This document shows positions 40,095-50,332 of a stretch of DNA of 64,000 nucleotides, piece by piece. The notes beneath the pieces were generated by a model, which was given only the letters and a program-made list of their open reading frames with translations, had not been told where the DNA came from and made no database searches. Positions within the stretch are counted from its first letter, which is position 1. The number at the start of each line of letters is the position of its first letter. The DNA lies in assembly GCA_963718565.1 (NCBI GenBank), contig OY970364.1, positions 96,001-160,000 on the forward strand, written 5' to 3'. The position numbers and the translations under genes are program-made. This stretch comes from an uncultured Verrucomicrobiae bacterium. GTDB lineage: Bacteria; Chlamydiota; Chlamydiia; Chlamydiales; Rhabdochlamydiaceae.

Positions 40095-40769
40095 ATGGAT
40101 GACAATACCTATATTTCGCTTTTATCGCGGTCTCTACCTCTTCTATTAAAAGGAGTGGTAATGACTGTACAAATTTTAGTCTCTTCAGCATCGCTTAGCT
40201 TGGCGTTGGGATTGTTGTTTGGAATAGCTTCTTGTAATAAGTTGAGGATCCCGTTTCTTTCTCAGACGATAGAGTTTTTGACCTTTGTTCTGCGAGCCGT
40301 TCCTTTTTTTGTTCAACTCCTATTGGTCTATTTTGTTTTGCCAGATCTTTTAGGGTTCAATCTCGAACCCTTTCCAGCCTCTGTCATTGCATTAGGACTC
40401 TGTTCCTCAGGCTACGTGGCTCAAATGGTGCGTGGTGGCCTCAATGCGATACCACAGGCTCAATGGGAAGGCGCCTTCGCTCTGGGGTTGAATACGTTCC
40501 AGAGTCTCCGGCACATTATCCTGCCTCAAATAGGACGTAATATTCTTCCTATGTTGAACAATGAGCTAGACTCTCTCTTAAAAAGCACGTCGATTGTGTC
40601 CTCGATTGGGATGTTAGAACTGACCCGAATGGGAATGAATATCGTTTCCAGAGAGATGCAACCGGTTGCCATCTATTTGACAGTGGCTTTTTTCTATATC
40701 TGCATGTCTGCTTTATTAAATCTAGTCGCGCGAGTGCTTGAACGGAGGCTCATCCATGTTAAAAATTAA
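40095..40769 (+). CDS. Polar amino-acid ABC transporter permease (HisQ/GlnP-like)
   Basis: RAVPFFVQL, RGGLNAIPQAQWEGAFALG (EAA loop), IILPQ, LLKSTS. Confidence 0.92.
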   Translation: MDDNTYISLLSRSLPLLLKGVVMTVQILVSSASLSLALGLLFGIASCNKLRIPFLSQTIEFLTFVLRAVPFFVQLLLVYFVLPDLLGFNLEPFPASVIALGLCSSGYVAQMVRGGLNAIPQAQWEGAFALGLNTFQSLRHIILPQIGRNILPMLNNELDSLLKSTSIVSSIGMLELTRMGMNIVSREMQPVAIYLTVAFFYICMSALLNLVARVLERRLIHVKN

Positions 40770-41466
40770 GAATCTGTCTTGCACAAAAACCCGAAAAGAA
40801 ATTCTCAAGGGGCTATCTCTAAATATCCCTAAAAATAGAGTGACTTTGCTACTTGGCAAAAGCGGATCTGGAAAAACAACATTATTGCGATGCATTGCCC
40901 AATTAGAGACACAATATCAAGGGGAAATATCTTATCAGGGGCAGCCCATAAGCCAGTTGTCGCCTAAACAACGCTGTCAAATCATCGGTTTTATTTCGCA
41001 ATCTTTCTCGTTATTTCCTCATAGGAACATTTTGGATAATTGTGCGAATGCTTTAAGGGTTCTTTTTGGAACCAAAAAAAAAGAGGCGCGCGCCCAAGTA
41101 ATGGAGATCTTACATCTGCTCGATATAGAAAAACTGGCTCTATCTATGCCGAGCCAGCTTTCCGGAGGGCAGCAGCAAAGAGCTGCTATTGCAAGAGCTC
41201 TTGTGCTCAACCCTTCCTTTTTACTATTTGATGAACCGACATCGGCGCTAGACCCGGAAAACACAGAACTATTCACGCAGGTGATTCGCAATCTTCTGAA
41301 AGCCGGGACAGGAGTGATTATTGCCAGCCACGCTATGAATCTGGCTTCTAAACTCCTAGATATCGTCTATTTTTTGGAAGAGGGATTGTTTGCTGAAAAC
41401 TATGACGCACAGGCCGGAAAGCCTTTGCTTAAAGAGGGAAAGATTAATCAGTTTTTATCGGTATAG
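40756..41466 (+). CDS. Polar amino-acid ABC transporter ATPase (HisP/GlnQ-like)
   Basis: GKSGSGKTT, LSGGQQQR, FDEPTSALDPE. Confidence 0.92.
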   Translation: MLKIKNLSCTKTRKEILKGLSLNIPKNRVTLLLGKSGSGKTTLLRCIAQLETQYQGEISYQGQPISQLSPKQRCQIIGFISQSFSLFPHRNILDNCANALRVLFGTKKKEARAQVMEILHLLDIEKLALSMPSQLSGGQQQRAAIARALVLNPSFLLFDEPTSALDPENTELFTQVIRNLLKAGTGVIIASHAMNLASKLLDIVYFLEEGLFAENYDAQAGKPLLKEGKINQFLSV

Positions 41467-41521
41467 ATTGTTACTTAAGATGATGGCATACTGCTTTCCC
41501 AAAAGCAGAGGAGCTTAAAAC

Positions 41522-43105
41522 ATGTCAACAGCAATAAACGCTCAAAATACTTATCTTTGTCCAGCTCAAGTTAAAGAAAATATTTATCAATTTCTTTTTC
41601 GACCGATGCAGTGTGATACGACTCTGATGAAGGTAGCAGCTGTCGCAACGCTTGCTTTATTAACTGTTGCTACCTTAGGTCTATGGCTTATCCCATTTGC
41701 AATTTTTGGGACATTGAGCGGCAGGGAGATCAACGACACACTAAAAGGTTTAGATCCAAAAGTTCTCGAAATTTTACAAAAAACTCCTGCTTTTAAAAAC
41801 TATGCGATTCAATTAGCTCCGGAATCTCCCTATCAAGGGGCGGTGCTTGGATCTGGAAACTTAAGGCCTGCTAACTTTTTCTTTTCCAAATTATTCGAGG
41901 GATCAGGAATCACGACAACTCTTCCTAGAAGTAGAAGATTATTTGCTTTTGAGCAAGACCAGGCAACTGTCCGCAATTATATCGCTTCTCAAAATCCTAA
42001 TCGTGTTGTGAATGTCACAGCCAGAGGATTTGCAGGAGATGTGAGATTGCCTAATGGCTCAACGTTTTGTTGTAACTTTACTGACATTTATGGCGATAAG
42101 ACGTATCAAATTTCCCTTGGGGAGATTCAACAAACACTCGAAAGCCAAAAGATTTTCACAGCACCTGAACTTCCTCTACTCTTTTACCGTGGCTTAAAAT
42201 TAGCGATGCAACTAGATGGGATTGTCACGCTCCCCGTGACTAAGCTGAAAGATGCACCATCCCCCAATGTCCAACGTTTTTTACAACAGGTCGAAATGCA
42301 TGCGCAACACTACGGCTTTAGTTCCCTTGAGCAGTTTCATTGGCTAAAAGAGAGAACTTTCTATCAAGTTGGAGCTCTTGTTGTAAAGACCGAGAATTAC
42401 CGCACATTTGTCGATGCGGATATGAAAATAAAAGAGAGAGGCGTGGGAGAAAATGATGCGATTAATCTGATTAACGCCTGTGGAATTAGACCTTCAGCAT
42501 CACCATCGGATCTTGATAGTAATGCAAAAATCATCAAAGAGATGTTTACCACAGTCCTTGCCTCTGCAGGATCAGGAGATTTAGTTGTTCCCGCCATCGG
42601 AATGGGAGTATGGGGAGGAGATCCTGATGTCTATTGGCGCAGCTTCTTAGAAGCTGTTGCACTTCGTGGAAGCTCTCTTAGCCGCATTTTTGTGAACCCA
42701 TGCCACCAATCCACTCAAAGCGCTGTTTTTACAGGAGCCAAAGGCGAAGAGTTTCAAAGGCTTTTAAATGAGTACATACGCACTTGCCAGGATCCAGGGG
42801 CCATTGAAAACCTACGCAAAATCGTCAATCTTTACGACACCAGGCAGGATGTGGTGCAGTTAGCTGTCAATTTGAAGAAAAACAGCCCTCCGAATCATAA
42901 GGTTTCGCTCATTAACGCTTCCGACCCAGATGTGACTTTAGGTTATCATGTAGGTGAATACGTCAATAATCCCCATATCGGGCATACGACAGAGGAAAAC
43001 TATACGGCAATGGGAACAAATGGCCTTTGTTTTGAAGGGATTACTAACGTCCACCAAGGCCACAGCAATCCCTTGCATAATCCAAGGATTATCCAGGTCG
43101 CATAA
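41522..43105 (+). CDS. Hypothetical effector-like protein with N-terminal hydrophobic segment and macrodomain-like C-terminus
   Basis: Hydrophobic stretch near residues 37-63; LVVPAIGMGVWGG resembles the macrodomain/PARG diphosphate-binding loop. Confidence 0.6.
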   Translation: MSTAINAQNTYLCPAQVKENIYQFLFRPMQCDTTLMKVAAVATLALLTVATLGLWLIPFAIFGTLSGREINDTLKGLDPKVLEILQKTPAFKNYAIQLAPESPYQGAVLGSGNLRPANFFFSKLFEGSGITTTLPRSRRLFAFEQDQATVRNYIASQNPNRVVNVTARGFAGDVRLPNGSTFCCNFTDIYGDKTYQISLGEIQQTLESQKIFTAPELPLLFYRGLKLAMQLDGIVTLPVTKLKDAPSPNVQRFLQQVEMHAQHYGFSSLEQFHWLKERTFYQVGALVVKTENYRTFVDADMKIKERGVGENDAINLINACGIRPSASPSDLDSNAKIIKEMFTTVLASAGSGDLVVPAIGMGVWGGDPDVYWRSFLEAVALRGSSLSRIFVNPCHQSTQSAVFTGAKGEEFQRLLNEYIRTCQDPGAIENLRKIVNLYDTRQDVVQLAVNLKKNSPPNHKVSLINASDPDVTLGYHVGEYVNNPHIGHTTEENYTAMGTNGLCFEGITNVHQGHSNPLHNPRIIQVA

Positions 43106-43208
43106 TAACGACGATCGTGAATCACTATTGGCCTTAGCTGTTCGTTTTTTTCTGTCGCAAAATTTTTCACGACAGTATAATGGCCCATCATTTTTGGGGA
43201 AGGATCTC

Positions 43209-45938
43209 GTGTCTGTCGGACAATCAGAACAAGCTGTTCCCGCTGAATTAAGTCTTTCGCCAGAAGGCCAAGTCTATTTCAACCAGGACAGAGAGCCAAG
43301 CGAGCGCCTGACACAAGCTGAGTACGTCAAAATCCATGAGCTTTTCACTCAAGATGCGGCGTGGGCCCTTTTACATCTGGGTCTTCGCGATTTAGGACCT
43401 TCGCTGCCTCCCAGCTTTTTCTTCTGGCAGGCGTTTTCACGCCAGTTTATCATGCGCCTCTGCAGGCTTCAGAGCACTGAAAATCAGGGGAAAATCATTG
43501 TCGATGAGCCGAAGGGCGACGAACTTGCTGCGCTCATCGATCGAGCCCCTTTCATGAGGGGAGCAGAATATCTCTCGAAAGAAATACTGGTTGCAATTTG
43601 GCGGCAGATGGAAACGGTCCTGGATGTGGAGCTGCGCTCATTTCCAAGGTCTTTACAGGAGTATTTAGGTCAGTTTGGCCCCCACTGGAATCAAGTGGGC
43701 CGCGTCTGTTTTCATCTGGCAGAAAATAAAAATAACGAAAAGAAGCCTTTTGCATTTTTGGCTACATTTACAACGCTTAATGTCCACGGGGCGCTTCCTC
43801 AGCATTTGCCTTTGAAACGGGCATTGCAGGAATCCGCAGCGGAAAAAACATCATCTGCCCTTCTTTCTCTCCTCATTCCTGTACAAAAAGCAGCAGCCTT
43901 AAGTCCATTTATTAAAACTCTTGTCGAAACAGGGGCGATTTTTGAGGCCGCCGCATGGACGGCTCATGAGGCGCACCGCTTTTTGCAGGATATCCCTTCT
44001 CTAGAGGCAAGCGGCGTTGTCGTCCGTGTGCCGAACTGGTGGAATCCTCAAAGGCCTCCGAGATTGAAGGCCGAGGTCCATTTGGGAGGGCGTCCCGATT
44101 CTATGCTGGGGTTGAGCAGCCTGCTCGAATTCGATGTTCGGCTGGCCCATGCCAATGGCGAACATCTGACCCGAGAGGAATGGCTTAGCTTGCAGCAAGG
44201 AGAGGGCAGGCTTGTCAAGATCAAAGAACAATGGGTGGAAATTGACCGGGATAAACTCAATGCACTCCTTTCCCATTGGGACCAGCTGAAAAAGGCTTCC
44301 CGCGATGGACTGACAATGGCTGAAGGTTTGCGCCTTTTGGCTGGGATTGAACCATCATCTGTGATCGACAGCAAACAAACAGAATCTTCTCCTGATTGGT
44401 TTCAGGTCACATCAGGAGGTTGGTTGAAGACTGTTTTGGAGAAGTTGAGAGATCCGCAAAGCTGCCAGGAAAAGGCAGTGGAAGAGGCATTAAAAAAAGG
44501 CCTTCGGGGAACTCTTCGCTCCTATCAGCAAAAAGGGGTTCAGTGGCTCTGGACGCTTTACCAGTTGCGGTTGGGCGGATGCCTTGCAGATGACATGGGG
44601 CTTGGAAAAACCGTTCAAGTCCTTTCGCTCCTGTTAGCGATCAAAGAAACTCGCCTTTCAGGAAAGCCCCATTTGCTCATTGTCCCTGCTTCTTTATTGG
44701 GCAATTGGCAGGCCGAATCGACCCGTTTTACTCCAGCGTTAAACCTCTTTGTCGCACACAGCTCAGCGCCTCAGTGCGATGCCGGATTAGAGGGGATCGA
44801 CCTGGTGATCACCACATATGGCTTTGTCTATCGGACTCAATGGCTAAAGGAAGCGAAATGGGATCTCGTCATTTTGGATGAAGCTCAGGCCATCAAAAAC
44901 CCGAATGCAAAACAGACGCTTGCCATAAAGGAACTGATTGCAGATGCGCGCCTAGCGCTCACTGGAACACCGGTCGAGAACCGGCTTGGCGATTTATGGT
45001 CGCTATTTGATTTTATTTCTCCGGGCTTATTGGGATCGGCCAAGACATTTGGCATGTACGCCAAACAGGGAGGCAAAGACGGGATAGAGCGGTCTCAGTT
45101 TATTGCTGCTTTACGCAAACTGACTCAGCCTTATGTCCTCAGACGACTGAAAACCGATAAAAGCATCATCTCCGACTTGCCAGCTAAAACTGAAATGAAA
45201 ACATACTGCCATTTAAGCGCTGAACAAATCCGTTTATATGCTCATGCAATTGAAGAGCTGGCTAAAAACTTGGAGACTACCGAAGGGATGCAGAGGCGGG
45301 GAATCGTCCTGTCTTCCCTGATGCGCCTTAAGCAAATTTGCAATCACCCTGCCCAGTGGCTCGGGTTTGGGGAGTTTGATGAAGAGGGAAGCGGAAAGTG
45401 GGTCCGCTTGCGGGAGATTTGTGAAGAGATCGCAGAAAAACAGGAAAAAGTTCTGGTCTTTACGCAGTTTAAGGAAATCATCAATCCTCTTTTCTCGTTT
45501 TTAACAGGTTTATTCGGGAGAGAAGGTTTGGTGCTTCATGGAGATATCGCCGTGTCGAAACGGGGGTCTTTGGTCGAACGTTTTCAACAAGAGCTTGGGC
45601 CGCCTTTCTTTCTCCTTTCTCTCAAGGCAGGAGGAACAGGGCTGAATCTCACCAAGGCATCCCACGTCATCCATTTCGATCGTTGGTGGAACCCGGCTGT
45701 TGAAAACCAGGCCACTGATCGCGCTTATAGGATTGGACAGAAGCGCCCTGTGCTGGTGCATCAATTTATCTGCTGCGGCACAGTTGAAGAAAAAATCGAC
45801 GCATTGATCGAGTCGAAGAAAAATTTATCAAAAGAATTACTCGATGGGGAGGGGGAGATTTCGCTCACCGAATTATCGAATGAACAGGTGTTGCAAATGG
45901 TCTCTCTCGACATCAAACGCGCAATGGGGGAAGGATAA
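43209..45938 (+). CDS. SNF2/SWI2-family helicase (start uncertain)
   Basis: LADDMGLGKT, ILDEAQ, LTGTPVEN, SLKAGGTGLNL, QATDRAYRIGQ. Confidence 0.95.
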   Translation: MSVGQSEQAVPAELSLSPEGQVYFNQDREPSERLTQAEYVKIHELFTQDAAWALLHLGLRDLGPSLPPSFFFWQAFSRQFIMRLCRLQSTENQGKIIVDEPKGDELAALIDRAPFMRGAEYLSKEILVAIWRQMETVLDVELRSFPRSLQEYLGQFGPHWNQVGRVCFHLAENKNNEKKPFAFLATFTTLNVHGALPQHLPLKRALQESAAEKTSSALLSLLIPVQKAAALSPFIKTLVETGAIFEAAAWTAHEAHRFLQDIPSLEASGVVVRVPNWWNPQRPPRLKAEVHLGGRPDSMLGLSSLLEFDVRLAHANGEHLTREEWLSLQQGEGRLVKIKEQWVEIDRDKLNALLSHWDQLKKASRDGLTMAEGLRLLAGIEPSSVIDSKQTESSPDWFQVTSGGWLKTVLEKLRDPQSCQEKAVEEALKKGLRGTLRSYQQKGVQWLWTLYQLRLGGCLADDMGLGKTVQVLSLLLAIKETRLSGKPHLLIVPASLLGNWQAESTRFTPALNLFVAHSSAPQCDAGLEGIDLVITTYGFVYRTQWLKEAKWDLVILDEAQAIKNPNAKQTLAIKELIADARLALTGTPVENRLGDLWSLFDFISPGLLGSAKTFGMYAKQGGKDGIERSQFIAALRKLTQPYVLRRLKTDKSIISDLPAKTEMKTYCHLSAEQIRLYAHAIEELAKNLETTEGMQRRGIVLSSLMRLKQICNHPAQWLGFGEFDEEGSGKWVRLREICEEIAEKQEKVLVFTQFKEIINPLFSFLTGLFGREGLVLHGDIAVSKRGSLVERFQQELGPPFFLLSLKAGGTGLNLTKASHVIHFDRWWNPAVENQATDRAYRIGQKRPVLVHQFICCGTVEEKIDALIESKKNLSKELLDGEGEISLTELSNEQVLQMVSLDIKRAMGEG

Positions 45939-45939
45939 C

Positions 45940-46710
45940 ATGGGGTACTGGGGGCAATATATATCGGTCGCTGAAAGAAAAGCACGAGCTGCCAAGCATT
46001 TAAAAGCAGCTCAAAAGAAAGGCAAGGCTTTAAATCCCATCATTGTCAAGGGACGCCAGATCGCCCATACTTTTTGGGGAAGAGCCTGGTGCGACAATCT
46101 GGAAAATTACAGTGACTATGAAAACCGCTTGCCGCGAGGGAGGACCTATGTCCGCAACGGTGCCGTGATCGACCTCCAGGTTTCCAAGGGGAAGATCCAC
46201 GCGAAAGTGATGGGTTCTTATCTCTATGAAGTCGATATTGAAATTGAGGAAATGAATCCTTTGAAATGGAAAAGCCTGGTCAAGGCATGCTCTGGAAAAA
46301 TCGATTCTCTGATCGAGCTTTTGCAGGGAAAATTTTCGGACGCCGTCATGGCAATGATCATCGATCCGAATAATGGCCTCTTTCCCCATCCAAACGAGAT
46401 TTCGATGGAATGCAGCTGTCCTGACGGAGTAGGCATGTGCAAACACACCGCAGCGGTCCTTTATGGCATCGGCGCCTGTCTGGATCTGCAACCCGAATGG
46501 CTTTTTAAGTTGCGCCATGTCGATCACCTTGAGCTGATCGTGCAGGCTAGCGCAAATGGGATCATTGCTCTTTCCAAACCTAGCGCAGATGGCTTGGAAG
46601 AAAGCGATCTTTCCTCCCTATTTGGCATCGAAATGGCTGAGACCTCATCATCTAAGCAAGAGACTGTCCAGCCCATCCCTAAACAAAGAAGAAATCGAAA
46701 AAACTCATGA
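45940..46710 (+). CDS. SWIM zinc-finger protein
   Basis: NRLPRGRTY and CSCPD...CKH; starts 1 nt after the SNF2 stop. Confidence 0.92.
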   Translation: MGYWGQYISVAERKARAAKHLKAAQKKGKALNPIIVKGRQIAHTFWGRAWCDNLENYSDYENRLPRGRTYVRNGAVIDLQVSKGKIHAKVMGSYLYEVDIEIEEMNPLKWKSLVKACSGKIDSLIELLQGKFSDAVMAMIIDPNNGLFPHPNEISMECSCPDGVGMCKHTAAVLYGIGACLDLQPEWLFKLRHVDHLELIVQASANGIIALSKPSADGLEESDLSSLFGIEMAETSSSKQETVQPIPKQRRNRKNS

Positions 46711-46714
46711 CATT

Positions 46715-46820
46715 GACAGAATCTGCACAGCGGGTTCGGTTGACAGCGGCGAAGATATATACCGCGCTCCGTCAGGTTTTGTGAATTTGGACTGGCTGCG
46801 GCTTTGCCCAATCAATCCTC
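46715..46820. repeat. Chimeric repeat: family A internal segment joined to family B left end
   Basis: GCACAGCGGGTTCGGTTGACAGCGGCGAA (family A), then TATACCGCGCTCCG...CCCAATCAATCCTC (family B, from 46758). Confidence 0.85.
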
Positions 46821-46913
46821 CCAGTCTTCAAATCATCAACATTACGAAATTATTTTTAACAAGAATTGCTGAATTCTGGCACAATCCTTTAATCACAACA
46901 ATTTTGTTATTGC

Positions 46914-47083
46914 TAACCTGAGTTTTGGGTTCATTTTATAGTAGATTGTCGTAGGCTTCGAGGCAATTTTTGCAAATTTTGGCGCGTTCAATAGTTGGAG
47001 GCACCTATGGACGCGCCAAAATTTGCAAGAAGTGTCCGAAAGATACGGCAAGGTACTATGAAAGGAACCCAAAACTCAGGTTA
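46914..47083. repeat. Family E MITE-like palindromic element (170 bp)
   Basis: TIRs TAACCTGAGTTTTGGGTTC / GAACCCAAAACTCAGGTTA; inner IR TTGCAAATTTTGGCGCGT / ACGCGCCAAAATTTGCAA. Confidence 0.9.
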
Positions 47084-47108
47084 CTAGTGAATCGCGGAGG
47101 AATCAACT

Positions 47109-48846
47109 ATGAAAATCAAATTTATTACCCTCGCTTTAGTAACTGCTACAGTCAACCTTTTTGGCGATCAATCTTCTCCTTATCGATGCAAAATGTCGGG
47201 AAACGAACTAGAGGCAGATATCATAGTAATAGGTGGTGGAGCGGCAGGTTGCGTATTGATGAGCGAGCTATCAGAGAATGGTCACTTTTCAGTATTAGGA
47301 ATAGAGGGGGGGCTAAATTTAACAAATGATCCAGCAATAGAGGCTGTGGGTCTCCCAGCATTCCTATTGGCTGGGACAGGAAAGTACAAGTATTTTTGGC
47401 CAGGATGGAATCAAACCGTACCCATGCCAGGGCTCAATGGACGAACAAGTGATTGGACAACAGGAATGGTGTTGGGTGGTGGCTCATCGATTAACGGATT
47501 ATACTATGGTCGTGGCTCGAACGCCGTGTACTCGCGTTGGGAAGGAGTTTCTGGCAGCAGCAATTGGAGTCTGGACAATATTCTGGCAACCTTCAATGCT
47601 CTTGAGAACTACCAAGGATTGACAATCACACCAGGGGCACGAGGAGACAACGGTCCTGTCAATGTGCTACAGACACCTACGGTGTCGCAGATAACATCGG
47701 ACGTACTATTGCCCGCGTCACAGGCAGCGTTTCCTGGAATTCCAACTGTGGTGGACTATAATGATCCGAGTGTGGAGAATTGCATAGACCCTCGTGCTCA
47801 GTGGTTTATTGATCCTACAGGTACCAAACGAGTGAGTAGCGCGACAGCATATTTAAATAGCACGGTGATGACGCCAGAAGGTCAAGGAGTTAATGGACAC
47901 AAACTGTTTATGCTCTTCGATTCGGTAGCTGTGAAAATAATATTTGACAAACATGGGCGTGCCAAAAAAGTAAAATATATACAGGATGGTCAACTCTTCG
48001 AAGCACGAGCTCGGAAAGCCGTTGTTTTGGCGAGTGGCATCAACAGTAGCAAGTTGCTACAGCTTTCGGGCATAGGTCCGTCGCAAGCGCTAAAGAATGC
48101 AGGGATCAAGCCCGTTTTCATCAATGAGAACGTAGGAAAACATCTCCAAAACCATCCGCTCATCTTCATTACGTTGCTAGCAGATCCCGCAGCTAAGTGG
48201 TATACCACCTGGAGCACCGTATGCATTTACTATCAATAATGTCTACTTGCCAGTAGTGGGCGGTAGTGCAAGCGACCCACGAATGCTACAGATTTTGTTC
48301 GAATACATACCGGCTACCACACAGACACCTCCGCTAGTAGCCATTGGATTTGAGCTTTTGAACCCAGTGAGTGAGGGTAGTGTCACACATCCAAAGTGAC
48401 AACTCATTTCAGATAGCCGCAGCGGACGACGGCTTTTACCAAAATCCTGTAGACCTGGAGAATATGAAGAGTGCCGTCCAGGTCTATATTCGCGATCTGC
48501 TAGAGCAACTAGCCATCATTGACCCGCCTTACTATCAACCCATTCTAGGAGACCCGATCAATCGCAGTCATCCTTTCAGGTTATAACGACGCAGCGGTTG
48601 AGGCAGTACGTGAAAAATAACAGCAATCTTTCACTGGATGTACACCACTTTACATCGCACTGTAAAATGGCTCCTCTGAACGCCGGAGGTGTGGTAGATG
48701 GCAACACACGTGTTTATGGCACAAAGAACGTTTTTGTAGCGGACGACTCCATCTGTCCAGTGATTCCCGATATCAATACGGCAGCATCAGCTATGATGAT
48801 CGGATTACGGAGTAGCGAAATTCTGAAACGTGTCTTGAGCAAATGA
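47109..48846 (+). pseudogene. Secreted GMC (glucose-methanol-choline) oxidoreductase with several frameshifts
   Basis: IGGGAAG, LGGGSSING, LLQLSGIG, VGKHLQNH and GGVVD..RVYG..VADDS are spread over three or more frames. Confidence 0.85.
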
Positions 48847-48869
48847 AAAATAACAATGAGATCATCAAC

Positions 48870-49511
48870 ATGAAAAAAAATATTCTGCTACTTTTAATGT
48901 CACTCTTATTTTTCATGGCAGCTGATGCACAAGCTCAAGAACGGTGTGCTGAAGACAAGCTGCTGTGTTGATAGGACGAATTTCTATGCTAAGATTTTTG
49001 GCGGTGCTAATTTCTTGCAAAACACTACAATCGAAGGAAACAAATCCACATATCAGACAGGGTATATTTTTGCCGGTTCGTTGGGTTATTGTTGGCGTGT
49101 TATGGCTTGCGTTTGGAAGCTGAATATGCTTTTAGAAGAAATGCTATAAGAAAAATCCATTTCTTTACAGAAGGTTCTTCCAAGCATGGACATTTCCAAA
49201 CTTCCTCGTATATGGCCAACCTATTATGGGATTTGCCTTTATCTTCGTGGGGGTGCGCATTTTGGAATATCCAACCTTTTATTGGAGCTGGCATAGGCTA
49301 TGATTTCCAACAAATGCATTCCTCAAATTCTCGTATTGTTTTTAACCAAAAGTGGAACCATTTTTCTTGGCAAGCGATGGCTGGGTTAGCCTATCCGATC
49401 TTCCGCAATACAGAGATTACTTTGGAATACAAATTCCATCAGGGAGGCTGTCATTTCTATAACCACTCCGTCGGAGTTGGGCTCGTATATAAATTTGGCT
49501 TCATAAGGTAA
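48870..49511 (+). pseudogene. Small outer-membrane beta-barrel (OmpA/opacity-like), two frameshifts
   Basis: Signal peptide MKKNILLLL; FYAKIFGGANF; LRLEAEYAFR, PFIGAGIG, FSWQAMAG, VGLVYKF lie in different frames. Confidence 0.75.
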
Positions 49512-49532
49512 ATGTTGTGGTCAAGCCCGATT

Positions 49533-49700
49533 TAAATAGGAAGAGACGTATCCTTTGTTTGCTTCTGAGATTGCTTCCATGATAGCAGGATGAACAATTG
49601 TAAAGTTGTCACTTGCGAGCTCTCGAGTCTGATCAATCATCTGACGGAGCTCACAGATCAGGCCATTGACAAGCAAGCCAGACGGCAGTGCCGTTTTTGT
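49533..49700 (-). pseudogene. Chimeric remnant: DUF1016-like start fused to a threonine aldolase N-terminus
   Basis: Minus strand reads LICELRQMIDQTRE-LASDNFTIVHPAIMEAISEANKGYVSSY; ASDN..VHP..MEAI..AN.G...SY is aldolase-like. Confidence 0.45.
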
Positions 49701-50120
49701 TTTTGCGTTTTTGAATCGTTAACTAACAAAAAGAGTTTAAGTGACTTAGCTCATTTCAGTCTATTGCGATCTTTGGTGATGTGTTGCTGCTTTTAGGCGG
49801 TTGGTGGTCATCCAGTGGTCTTTTTGAATCTTGGTAAGACTCAGAAGCAAAAGTCAAATAATAACCGCGTGCCGTAAACGTTTTGAACTTCTGAAAAATC
49901 AAGCTTCAGAAAATAGGGTTCGAGTTGAATGCTCCATCTTTTATGTGATCCAATATCAAAATGCTGATGATGAGGCCCACCGCCGAAATCATACCATTCA
50001 TACCTCTCATATGCTCGCGGTCAAATGTACTCCATATATGTTTCTTCTTTTGTTTATCGCGGATTTAGTTCAGCCTAGCTGGGGTTAAATACAACCGCAG
50101 TCGATAGATCGGTTTACGCA

Positions 50121-50324
50121 TTGGGAGGAGCCTCGGAACTCTATTATCTAGGATCAAAGAGCAAACTATTTGACAGCATGCCTATTGGTATCAGTGCTCA
50201 GTTTGATTTTGATGGATGTATTGGTATGGATTTTTTGTGCGAATATCCTATTTTTATCGATTATTCCAACAAAGTGGTGTTTATAGATCTTGCAAAAAGA
50301 TCACATGAAGACTTTAGTCTGTAA
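50121..50324 (+). pseudogene. Retropepsin-like aspartyl protease C-terminal remnant
   Basis: DGCIGMDFL..YPIFIDY parallels DGMLGMDFL..HIIYIDY in 57392-58306. Confidence 0.65.
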
Positions 50325-50332
50325 TCATTTTA

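Noticed and set aside
43209..46710. SNF2 + SWIM as a novel system
   Set aside because: This gene pair is widespread and already known in bacteria; no extra partners are seen here.
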